DNA from: a virus
Direction: 5' to 3' (one strand)
Length of the DNA stretch: 64,000 nt
IMG/VR virus record: IMGVR_UViG_3300028073_000008
Span: 64,001 to 128,000 of that record
Part shown: positions 10,795 through 18,284 of the stretch, piece after piece
Layout of the letters: each line of letters starts with the position of its first letter
How positions within the stretch are numbered: the first letter of the stretch is position 1
Program-made: the position numbers and the translations under genes
The notes under the pieces: generated by a model
Database searches by the model: none
Told to the model about the DNA's origin: nothing
What the model saw: the letters and a program-made list of their open reading frames with translations, nothing else

Positions 10795-11346
10795 TTAAAT
10801 CTCTCTAAAATCTAGGCTAGAAATATATGTGTTTGACTTGAGAACAAAATCTACTATCTCAGTCATTTGTTTTTCTGTGCTGTATGGTTCATTAGATCTC
10901 TTGTCGGTTTTCATACCGTAATTAGCAAACCGTATCAATACGCTCTGAGGTTGCGGACCGAAAGGAGTTTCTATTGATAATTCTGCGTGTATTTTTTCTA
11001 GACTTAATTTATGTCCTAGCATGAACATATCGACAGGAATCCTTTTTAATAAACTGAAAGGAGCAGCAGTAGCCAGTGTGCCAAAGCTGATTATCTTTCC
11101 TGGTTTATTATTTTCCTGCCAGAGTCTATATACTCCATAGAGTAGGTCGCATTGAGAATGTCCCACATTGGCCAGATTAATAAAGTGATCGCAATCTAAA
11201 GATAATGCTATAACTTTTTCAATATCGGCAGGATCGGTAAGATCAAAATTACTAGAACGAGATATACCCACTATCTCGTGATCCTTATAAAACTCACAAA
11301 GTGCTCGTCCTACGCTAGAAGTATGTCCAGTCATTAACAGTTTCAT
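10795..11346 (-). CDS. Short-chain dehydrogenase/Rossmann-fold protein
   Basis: N-terminal MTGHTSSVG; FINLA; IISFG. Confidence 0.6.
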   Translation of the reverse strand: MKLLMTGHTSSVGRALCEFYKDHEIVGISRSSNFDLTDPADIEKVIALSLDCDHFINLANVGHSQCDLLYGVYRLWQENNKPGKIISFGTLATAAPFSLLKRIPVDMFMLGHKLSLEKIHAELSIETPFGPQPQSVLIRFANYGMKTDKRSNEPYSTEKQMTEIVDFVLKSNTYISSLDFREI

Positions 11347-12149
11347 CAGTAGGCCTCTATATGATCTATGCCCAATTTCTTACGGAACTCGTCGGTAAAT
11401 TTTCCATCTATTCTTAGACCATAACTCTGTTCCATTATGCGTTCACCGCCGTGCCAGTCAGTGTCGTTCCACCATGCTGCTCTTGTATTGAGATAGGTTT
11501 TGTTTTTTGTTTCTGGATCCCAAAGATAAAATGCTTTTTTAGTATTAGGACGTATGTGTATAAATTCATTCCTATGCGGCTTGATCACATTGATGCCATT
11601 AGCAGCATCTAGATCTCTATGCTCAAATGGAATGCCATCTGCTTCACAGTGAAAGAAAATAACACGACCTATATCAACAAAAATTTCTCCTACCATATTT
11701 TCTATCCAATTAACTACGTTAGGAAAATATTGTGCTTCGGGTGTTAGCTTTCTAGGTGCTGTTCTGTCATCCCATGAACCTTCTTCCCAAAGGAAATAAT
11801 AGATATATGGATCATATGCCCCCATTGCCATTTTGATATATCTAGTGAATATATTACGTTCTTGAAAATTTTTGAAATCTTTGGGCATCAGTTCTAAGCC
11901 TGCTTGTTTGATAGGATCGCTGTCAGGCAGATCGAGAAAGTCTTTCATGGCTTGATAAATTGGTTTCCAGTTATGGACATAACTCATATTATCAAAAGTA
12001 AATCCAGGAGTCATCCATGTGCCTTCTTTGGCATGATGCCTAGCCAAAGCAAACCCTTTGTATATTTCGGGCTGTAACCGATCAAACTCTACCATATTTA
12101 GGTAAGGTTCTATATCTATATAAGGTTGATTATTAATTCCTCTGAGCAT
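11346..12149 (-). CDS. 2OG-Fe(II)/cupin-like protein
   Basis: EHRD...WHGG...LRIDG; start chosen at the ATG 5 nt after TAAATA. Confidence 0.6.
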   Translation of the reverse strand: MLRGINNQPYIDIEPYLNMVEFDRLQPEIYKGFALARHHAKEGTWMTPGFTFDNMSYVHNWKPIYQAMKDFLDLPDSDPIKQAGLELMPKDFKNFQERNIFTRYIKMAMGAYDPYIYYFLWEEGSWDDRTAPRKLTPEAQYFPNVVNWIENMVGEIFVDIGRVIFFHCEADGIPFEHRDLDAANGINVIKPHRNEFIHIRPNTKKAFYLWDPETKNKTYLNTRAAWWNDTDWHGGERIMEQSYGLRIDGKFTDEFRKKLGIDHIEAY

Positions 12150-12191
12150 AAAATTATTTATAGGGTGGTTCCCAGCGGAGTTAAATATCTG

Positions 12192-12851
12192 ATGATACAC
12201 GATGGTCGATACTATTTGGTAAGCACTGCCAGAAGTCTTAAACTGGACTTAAAAATTCCGCATGAAGAAATGCTAAGTGAAGCCAAAGCACTGCGCGAAC
12301 ACTTCATAGAATACCGGGCCGATGGTGATCAATATAAAGGTTGGCACAGTTTACCTATACACGGGCTAGGCGATGACAAACCCTATAGCTGGGAAGATTA
12401 CGGCTACAAGACAGCTAACGCAGCCAGTGATGATATGAAATGGACTACATGGGCCAATTTATGTCCGGTCACTGTGGCTTGGCTCAAGATGGTCTTTCCT
12501 AGCAAACGTTTTGGTCGGGTGAGGTTTATGTTACTAGAAGCCGGTGGCAGTATAGGTCTACATAAAGACACCGATCATAGCATATTGGAAATGGTAAACA
12601 TAGCACTAAACAATCCGGAAGGGTGTGAATGGCATTGGGGTGATGGCAGTAGTCTAGACTTTTCACCAGGTGATGCTTATGCGGTCAATCTTAGCTACGA
12701 GCATCGAGTGATCAATAACAGTGGAATAGATAGGTATCATCTGATAGTACACCATCATGATTCTACACCAGAATGGGTATCTATGATGAAGAAAGCATTA
12801 AAGGAACATGGCGAAAAAGGTGAGTTTCATCACAGTACGATGCTGTACTGA
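12192..12851 (+). CDS. Aspartyl/asparaginyl beta-hydroxylase-like 2OG-Fe(II) oxygenase
   Basis: RVRFMLLEAGGSIGLHKD...HRVIN...RYHLIVH. Confidence 0.8.
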   Translation: MIHDGRYYLVSTARSLKLDLKIPHEEMLSEAKALREHFIEYRADGDQYKGWHSLPIHGLGDDKPYSWEDYGYKTANAASDDMKWTTWANLCPVTVAWLKMVFPSKRFGRVRFMLLEAGGSIGLHKDTDHSILEMVNIALNNPEGCEWHWGDGSSLDFSPGDAYAVNLSYEHRVINNSGIDRYHLIVHHHDSTPEWVSMMKKALKEHGEKGEFHHSTMLY

Positions 12852-14082
12852 TGACGAGTGGTTGAACAACAAGATGCTCCAGATCACTAGATCGGGTCAG
12901 GAGCATCTGGTGAACGGAAGATATCCTACATATATCATTGACAACTATGACCAAATCAACAACTACCTAGATGACGCCGATTGGCTATTTGTACAGACAG
13001 CAGGCGACTACATATTAGATTTTGATCACTTATGGACAAAGATACACTCCATACCTGACTATGTAGGACTTGTAGGACATCTAATCTGGGACCAAGGTGA
13101 ATTTACTCCCTATCTAGAGGAACAGTGTTTTATTATAAACACCAAAGCTGTTAAACATCTAGATTTTAATTCATATATCGAAACAGGTAAAAACTTCATA
13201 AGAAGCGAAGATGACTTACATGAAGGTCATGCTCCTTTATGGTTAGCATTAGGAGATCGTACAGAGATACGACATGGTAAGTTTGGAACCAAGCTGATGT
13301 CAGATATCTTAGAGAACGATTACTCTGTAGTAAATTTTGATCAGTCGTGGAGATATTCTGACACGATCAAATTACCTATTAGACAAAATCCCTTGATAGA
13401 ACAGCTGCCTACTAGAGGATATCTCTATCCGTATATAAAAACAGTGGCTTTTTCAGAAGCTCTAAAGTCTCTCAAGAGCAGCGATTATCTAGATCCAGCA
13501 CAGCAGATAGCACTATCTGTGATCAACGAAACTATGAAGTTTAATTATATCAACGCCCTCTATTGGGATGATATCGTCAAAGACTACGACTGCGACTTAG
13601 TCATAGCACCTGCTAATGGGCTTATGGCTGAAACTTTGGCCTACTACAATCATGCCAAGAAGATTGTGATATACGATATTAATCCAAACAACATAGAATT
13701 CAAAAAATTTCTATATGAAAATTTTGATGGGCATGACTATGAACAATTTTATAAAAAATATGCCAAAGAAAGAAATCTCAAGATAGAACCCAATCATACT
13801 GTAGCGATAACCGATGAAATAAAATACCATAACAGAGAAGTGTTAGCCAATTGGGATAAGATCAAGAAGATAGAAAAGACGTATATCAGTGGTGATCTAT
13901 TTACGACATTGCCTTGGATACTTCCTCTTATAAGCAGCAAGACTATCATACACACTAGCACTATCTTAGGATACTATATCTTTTCCAATATACTACACGA
14001 CCAAGAAGAGATAGATATGCGTGTAAGTGAACTATCAGCAGTTATAGAATCCACTGGAGCCGTTTGGTTAGGAGAAAGATGA
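12808..14082 (+). CDS. Hypothetical protein (C-terminal half possibly methyltransferase-like Rossmann fold)
   Basis: 424 aa ORF; IVIYDIN motif. Confidence 0.6.
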   Translation: MAKKVSFITVRCCTDDEWLNNKMLQITRSGQEHLVNGRYPTYIIDNYDQINNYLDDADWLFVQTAGDYILDFDHLWTKIHSIPDYVGLVGHLIWDQGEFTPYLEEQCFIINTKAVKHLDFNSYIETGKNFIRSEDDLHEGHAPLWLALGDRTEIRHGKFGTKLMSDILENDYSVVNFDQSWRYSDTIKLPIRQNPLIEQLPTRGYLYPYIKTVAFSEALKSLKSSDYLDPAQQIALSVINETMKFNYINALYWDDIVKDYDCDLVIAPANGLMAETLAYYNHAKKIVIYDINPNNIEFKKFLYENFDGHDYEQFYKKYAKERNLKIEPNHTVAITDEIKYHNREVLANWDKIKKIEKTYISGDLFTTLPWILPLISSKTIIHTSTILGYYIFSNILHDQEEIDMRVSELSAVIESTGAVWLGER

Positions 14083-14762
14083 AGTACGAATACTATTACA
14101 ATCAGATGCCAGGGCAAGAACCTTGGCGCAACAATCTGATCTATACCAGCCTTATGAGCGAAGATGGTACTGTATTCGTACAATGGTACTATAATGATAC
14201 TGCCTATCACCAAGGGCAGAATCAGGTAGTGGATCCCGAATTGATGGAAGAAAAATGGCAACGTGAGCTAAAGTATCTACAGCTGATGCGAGCTTCGCAC
14301 AGTCATCTGGTGCCAGAAATACTAGACATCGATTACAAGTATAGAAAAATCTATCTGCGTGTCAATGGCAACGACTTTTGGCAGCGTAAGCTAGACGTTG
14401 GCAGTTTCGATGCTGTGTTGCCCAATTGGCGTGAACAGATGTTGGAAATCATAGACGCACACAAGAAGCTAAAATTACACAAATACAGCATGCATCCCAG
14501 CAGCTATTTCCTAGTCGACGGACAGTTGAAAAGCATCAACTACTTTTTTACCTATCACGACAGCGAACCTTATATCAGCATAGCCGACGTAGAAAGCCAT
14601 ATCTATTCTACGAGACAGGAACAGATGAAGAAAGTGTTAGCTGAAAGCACGATTAGCTGGAACGATCCGCAACCCTGGACCACTTTCGATTGGCTGTGTT
14701 GGAACAGCTTTAGATCAGAATATCCAGCAGATTTCGTAGAGGAAGCATTAAAACATGTTTAA
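14079..14762 (+). CDS. Hypothetical protein, possible kinase-like fold
   Basis: Paralog of 9582-10259 (WQRE, VPEILDID, HPSSYF...LKSINYF). Confidence 0.55.
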   Translation: MKYEYYYNQMPGQEPWRNNLIYTSLMSEDGTVFVQWYYNDTAYHQGQNQVVDPELMEEKWQRELKYLQLMRASHSHLVPEILDIDYKYRKIYLRVNGNDFWQRKLDVGSFDAVLPNWREQMLEIIDAHKKLKLHKYSMHPSSYFLVDGQLKSINYFFTYHDSEPYISIADVESHIYSTRQEQMKKVLAESTISWNDPQPWTTFDWLCWNSFRSEYPADFVEEALKHV

Positions 14763-15312
14763 ACTCATACGCTGGAACCCCGATCTAGATCTTTCGGACT
14801 TTTACAGGCGAGCAGCAGCCAAAGGTTTTGAAAATAATTCCAATCAGCAGATCATGATCGATTCTTTGAGCAAAGAAGAACGATGGGCCGCATGGATTTT
14901 ATATTATAATGATCTAGCTGCTGGTGCTGTAGCTGCGCATTCTTTTCCTGAGATGGGAGAAAATGCTTATAGGATCTGCGCCAGGACTTGTGTACTATCT
15001 GATGATCTGCCTTTACATCATTTGAGAACCAAATGGGGAATCATACGGCATCAAAACTACACCGCACAGTTTTTCATACCTGCCTGTATAGAATGGGCCG
15101 GTCGTGACAAAGATCTTTACATCACTAGCAATGAAAGCAAATCAGGTAGCCAAAGACTGGTACATGAAATTTTTTGTCCTTTATTAGCCAAAAGTGGTGT
15201 ACTTTCCAAAACAAAGGATATATACTATAGAGGTCTTACACAAACTGCTTGGCGTCTCGATGTTGAGCTGTTTTTTAAGCAACTAGATCAATTTGGTAGA
15301 TGGGTGTTGTAA
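14755..15312 (+). CDS. Hypothetical protein, possibly GNAT-like
   Basis: ORF coupled to upstream gene; fold guess weak. Confidence 0.55.
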   Translation: MFKLIRWNPDLDLSDFYRRAAAKGFENNSNQQIMIDSLSKEERWAAWILYYNDLAAGAVAAHSFPEMGENAYRICARTCVLSDDLPLHHLRTKWGIIRHQNYTAQFFIPACIEWAGRDKDLYITSNESKSGSQRLVHEIFCPLLAKSGVLSKTKDIYYRGLTQTAWRLDVELFFKQLDQFGRWVL

Positions 15313-15347
15313 AAATGCAACAATTTTACCAAAAATGAATCTAGGGG

Positions 15348-15376
15348 TTGACAACGAGACTAAATAAACTTATACT
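15348..15376 (+). promoter_or_regulatory. Sigma70-type promoter at head of tRNA region
   Basis: TTGACA-N17-TATACT; followed by 5' hairpin CTGTTA-GAAA-TAACAG (15385-15400). Confidence 0.85.
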
Positions 15377-15417
15377 TGGACTAACTGTTAGAAATAACAG
15401 AAAGGAAACTGAAGCAA

Positions 15418-15567
15418 ATGAAATCATCGACATTACATAGACAAATGATACAGAAAGCGCAATTGGGCGGCTTTAATGCCACCTATTGGCCCGTATGTTC
15501 AATTAGTCTCGCTAATGATCGTACACCAGAGCTACAGCCGGGGTCCACGAAGGATACGATGATGTAA
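15418..15567 (+). CDS. 49-aa leader peptide (MKSSTLHRQMIQKAQLGGFNATYWPVCSISLANDRTPELQPGSTKDTMM), putative attenuator leader
   Basis: AAGGA SD at 15402-15406; all 20 amino acids; lies between the promoter and a terminator; not in the ORF track. Confidence 0.7.
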   Translation: MKSSTLHRQMIQKAQLGGFNATYWPVCSISLANDRTPELQPGSTKDTMM

Positions 15568-15603
15568 CACAAATTACACATCAAGAATTCAAAGGACCCC
15601 AGG
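15538..15603 (+). promoter_or_regulatory. Putative antiterminator hairpin
   Basis: GGGGTCC (15540-46) complements GGACCCC (15594-600); inner helix GATGATGTAA/TTACACATC. Confidence 0.65.
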
Positions 15604-15628
15604 ATTAAAAACCCTGGGGTTTTTGTTT
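15594..15628 (+). terminator. Intrinsic terminator (attenuator)
   Basis: ACCCCAGG-9nt-CCTGGGGT followed by TTTTGTTT. Confidence 0.85.
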
Positions 15629-15642
15629 ATAAGGAATGAAGA

Positions 15643-15831
15643 ATGGAATGGAAATACGAAAACATCGATCATAGCAAGCTCAATGATCGTATCGTCGAGC
15701 AAGCATATCATGGAACGCTTCCATCTGTTTTAAACGAGGAAAGTGTTCAGCGTATGATCGCTGACAAGATTGAAAGAGCAAAACAGGAAAGAAACTGCTT
15801 AGTTAAGCTAGGTTACTTTACTGAGAACTAA
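15643..15831 (+). CDS. Small hypothetical protein
   Basis: AAGGA SD; 62 aa. Confidence 0.6.
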   Translation: MEWKYENIDHSKLNDRIVEQAYHGTLPSVLNEESVQRMIADKIERAKQERNCLVKLGYFTEN

Positions 15832-15840
15832 AGTGTGTAT

Positions 15841-16064
15841 AGGGAACGCGGCCCTGCTGGCACTATAAACATCGGCTATTAACGTGGGCGGCCTGGGGGA
15901 TGAGAAGCCTGTGGCGGAAACGCAGGTGGTAAAAACCCAGTGTAGTTAAACACTCTCTCTTGCCTTTGAAACAGGCATGACAGCATAGCGGAGAGTGCTT
16001 AACTACCCACACCTACCCTTCTCCCCCTGACGGATAAAACGCATAGCGGCTGGAATAGGTGTGG
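15841..16064 (+). ncRNA. Unassigned structured RNA (multiple hairpins)
   Basis: GC-rich non-coding; helices 15893-97/15936-40, 15942-57/15991-16006, 16007-15/16056-64. Confidence 0.55.
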
Positions 16065-16074
16065 TACATAATTT

Positions 16075-16160
16075 GGAGGCGTGTGCCGAGCAGCGAAGGC
16101 AGCGGTCTGTAAAACCGTGACATAGAAACAGCGTAGGTGCGAGTCCTACCGCCTCCACCA
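16075..16160 (+). tRNA. tRNA-Tyr(GTA)
   Basis: Cloverleaf, gcggt-CT-GTA-AA-accgt, long V arm, ACCA. Confidence 0.92.
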
Positions 16161-16188
16161 TATTCACGCTAAATATTAGGCAAGGAGA

Positions 16189-16626
16189 ATGCCTATGATA
16201 GCTACTAAATTTACTACGACTAACAATGATTCTAATTTTACAACCATCGACGAGTTCAGTGGGTGGTTAAGGGATCTTGTAGGAATAGAATATTTTAAAG
16301 AACTGACTTATATTAGGTCGGATGCGATCATAGACGGAATTGCTACTCCTGTAGGTAGTTATTATTGGGAAGCAGAAACAAAGAGTGCGATTTATATGGT
16401 CTTTCATCGAGATCTGCTTGACGCTAAATCCTTCCAATTAAATTACCTTTCTAATGATATAGCACGTTCTGTAGAGCAGGCCGTCAAAGAACACGGTTGG
16501 TCTATTAAGATGGAATCACTATCAGCAGATCCTGATCCGGAAGTTAGCAATTTCCAAATCATAGATCATCCTACAAACGTAGAAAACATACGCCCTAGCA
16601 GAAGAACAGAAATTAGCGGCCCTTAA
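16189..16626 (+). CDS. Hypothetical protein
   Basis: AAGGAG SD, TAAATA upstream; 3' end overlaps tRNA-Arg. Confidence 0.7.
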   Translation: MPMIATKFTTTNNDSNFTTIDEFSGWLRDLVGIEYFKELTYIRSDAIIDGIATPVGSYYWEAETKSAIYMVFHRDLLDAKSFQLNYLSNDIARSVEQAVKEHGWSIKMESLSADPDPEVSNFQIIDHPTNVENIRPSRRTEISGP

Positions 16627-16694
16627 CTCAGCTGGACCAGAGTGCTTGTCTTCGAAACAAGAAGTCGGGAGTTCGAATCTCTCAGGGCCGGCCA
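16617..16694 (+). tRNA. tRNA-Arg(TCG)
   Basis: cttgt-CT-TCG-AA-acaag; GTTCGAATC; GCCA. Confidence 0.92.
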
Positions 16695-16700
16695 ATCATT

Positions 16701-16774
16701 ATCGGACTGATGTAACGGCAGCATGACGGTCTCCAAAACCGTTCGTTGGGGTTCAAATCCCTAGTCCGGTGCCA
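16701..16774 (+). tRNA. tRNA-Trp(CCA)
   Basis: acggt-CT-CCA-AA-accgt; GCCA. Confidence 0.92.
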
Positions 16775-16777
16775 TTT

Positions 16778-16855
16778 ACCACTTTAGCTCAACTGGATAA
16801 GAGCACAACCTTGCGAAGGTTGAGGTTAGGGGTTCGAGTCCCTTAAGTGGTGCCA
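16778..16855 (+). tRNA. tRNA-Arg(GCG)
   Basis: caacc-TT-GCG-AA-ggttg; acceptor ACCACTT/AAGTGGT; GCCA. Confidence 0.9.
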
Positions 16856-17268
16856 AAGATGTCTGGATGTGAAGGTTTAACTGTAACATTTATGACTTTG
16901 CTGACAAATTTAAAATGTCGGCTCAACGTATCAAATATTTCGATGTTAAGTGCTTGACCTGCTCGGCTATAACTGTTACTGCCTATAGCACCATAGTAAT
17001 CTATGTCAAGACCTTTGCGTCGACCATAGTCAGGAAATACACCACAAAGAAAGAGACATTCGTCTCCTAAGCTCTTAGCATCATGTGAGTTTTTTATCCT
17101 ATGATAAGTTTCTATGAAACTATCTTCGGGCATCCAGTTTGGACGATCGATATGGCTGGCGAGCAACATGACTACATATTGCTCGACGAACAACGGCAGC
17201 TCATACCCGTAACTATCTTTAGTTTGGTTAATGAGCAGCTTGAATGCTGAAACGTATTCATCGCTCAT
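16843..17268 (-). CDS. Hypothetical protein antisense within tRNA array
   Basis: Start MSDEYVSAF 5 nt after TAAATA; LGDECLFLCGVFP...YY. Confidence 0.7.
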   Translation of the reverse strand: MSDEYVSAFKLLINQTKDSYGYELPLFVEQYVVMLLASHIDRPNWMPEDSFIETYHRIKNSHDAKSLGDECLFLCGVFPDYGRRKGLDIDYYGAIGSNSYSRAGQALNIEIFDTLSRHFKFVSKVINVTVKPSHPDIFGTT

Positions 17269-17286
17269 AATAATATTTATTTCAGA

Positions 17287-17360
17287 GGTGTCTTTAGTGT
17301 AGTGGTAGCAAAGCTGACTGTGAATCAGCAGGCGAGGGTTCGATTCCCCAAGGCACCCCA
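17287..17360 (+). tRNA. tRNA-His(GTG), canonical G-1:C73 type
   Basis: G-1 + GTGTCTT/AAGGCAC-C-CCA; gctga-CT-GTG-AA-tcagc. Confidence 0.9.
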
Positions 17361-17365
17361 TTTTA

Positions 17366-17520
17366 AGGGATAGACGATAGTTTAGAGTCCCTGCCAGTCT
17401 AGGCACAGTGGGGTTGACTGTGTTGACACTATAGTATGACTGAAGCCGGTATGTTAAACTTGACTATTCGAGACAATCTAGCGAGTCCTCCCAGGAGGAT
17501 AGTTAGGCGCCCGACTTTTA
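17366..17520 (+). ncRNA. Unassigned structured spacer RNA
   Basis: Hairpins AGGGA/TCCCT, GCACAGT/ACTGTGT, TCCTC/GAGGA; no credible ORF. Confidence 0.4.
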
Positions 17521-17521
17521 T

Positions 17522-17599
17522 CTGTGTGTAATGTCAGCCCGGGAGACGGCCTGGTTTGGAGCCAGGAGGCCGTAGGTTCAAATCCTACCACACAGACCA
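17522..17599 (+). tRNA. tRNA-Pro(TGG)
   Basis: cctgg-TT-TGG-AG-ccagg; ACCA. Confidence 0.9.
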
Positions 17600-17604
17600 A
17601 ATAT

Positions 17605-17680
17605 GCCAGTTTAGCTGATGTGGTCATAGCGGTGGTCTGAAGAACCATTGAACTAGGTTCGATTCCTAGAGCTGGCACCA
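17605..17680 (+). tRNA. tRNA-Phe(GAA)
   Basis: gtggt-CT-GAA-GA-accat; ACCA. Confidence 0.92.
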
Positions 17681-17690
17681 AATTTTTTAG

Positions 17691-17718
17691 TTGACACGTT
17701 TTTTAGATGTGCTATATT
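17691..17718 (+). promoter_or_regulatory. Sigma70-type promoter (internal to tRNA array)
   Basis: TTGACA-N16-TATATT with extended TG. Confidence 0.65.
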
Positions 17719-17735
17719 AGTATCATAACTGGCTA

Positions 17736-17810
17736 GGGCGTGTAGCTTAAAGGTGAAGCCGGCCGCTCATAACGGTCTTAGTGTGTGTTCGAGTCACACC
17801 GCGCCCACCA
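17736..17810 (+). tRNA. tRNA-Ile2(CAT) (lysidine type)
   Basis: GGCCGCTCATAACGGT anticodon arm typical of proteobacterial Ile2; ACCA. Confidence 0.8.
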
Positions 17811-17825
17811 GTTATTAAAGTTTTT

Positions 17826-17924
17826 GCCCCTGTAGCTTAATGGTAAAGAAGCGAGCTTATACCTCGCCAAAGCACAGGCCAGATAAGCCTGAGTGTGCAG
17901 GTTCGAGTCCTGCCAGGGGCACCA
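17826..17924 (+). tRNA. tRNA-Ile(TAT) with abnormally long variable region
   Basis: gcgag-CT-TAT-AC-ctcgc; ~29-nt V region; perfect T arm and acceptor; ACCA. Confidence 0.8.
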
Positions 17925-17929
17925 TATGC

Positions 17930-18005
17930 GGGCGTATAACTCAGTCGGTAGAGTAGCTGACTCTTAATCAGTTTGTCGTAGGTTCGATCCCTACTGCGCC
18001 TACCA
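17930..18005 (+). tRNA. tRNA-Lys(CTT)
   Basis: gctga-CT-CTT-AA-tcagt; ACCA. Confidence 0.92.
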
Positions 18006-18010
18006 AGTAT

Positions 18011-18086
18011 GCCGTCGTAGTGTTAGTGGCTAGCACGACTGTTTGTGGAGCAGTAGGAGTTGGATCGAAACCAACCGCCGGTACCA
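18011..18086 (+). tRNA. tRNA-His(GTG), no G-1, A73 (alphaproteobacterial type)
   Basis: actgt-TT-GTG-GA-gcagt; starts GCCG preceded by T; ends A-CCA. Confidence 0.8.
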
Positions 18087-18091
18087 TTTAA

Positions 18092-18186
18092 GCACTAGCC
18101 GTAAGGCCGGCGATAAGAAGGAAGCACGAGCATAGCTGTGTTTGCTTGGTCGGTGGATTGGAACGACTCACTCTTTTCACTAGTGC
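18092..18186 (+). ncRNA. Unassigned structured spacer RNA
   Basis: Closing stem GCACTAG/CTAGTGC with internal hairpins (GCC-GTAA-GGC; AAGCAC...GTGTTT). Confidence 0.45.
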
Positions 18187-18191
18187 CCTTT

Positions 18192-18269
18192 GCCCCTGTG
18201 GACAAATTGGTAAAGTCATCTCTCTCAAAAGGAGAAGTTCTCTCAGTTCGAATCTGAGCAGGGGTACCA
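18192..18269 (+). tRNA. tRNA-Leu(CAA), short variable arm
   Basis: tctct-CT-CAA-AA-ggaga; ACCA. Confidence 0.88.
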
Positions 18270-18284
18270 CTTATAAATAGACTG

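Noticed and set aside
15893-15940. Possible hammerhead ribozyme (GATGAG...GAAA)
   Set aside because: Lacks the CUGANGA core and correct three-stem geometry; kept only as unassigned structure.
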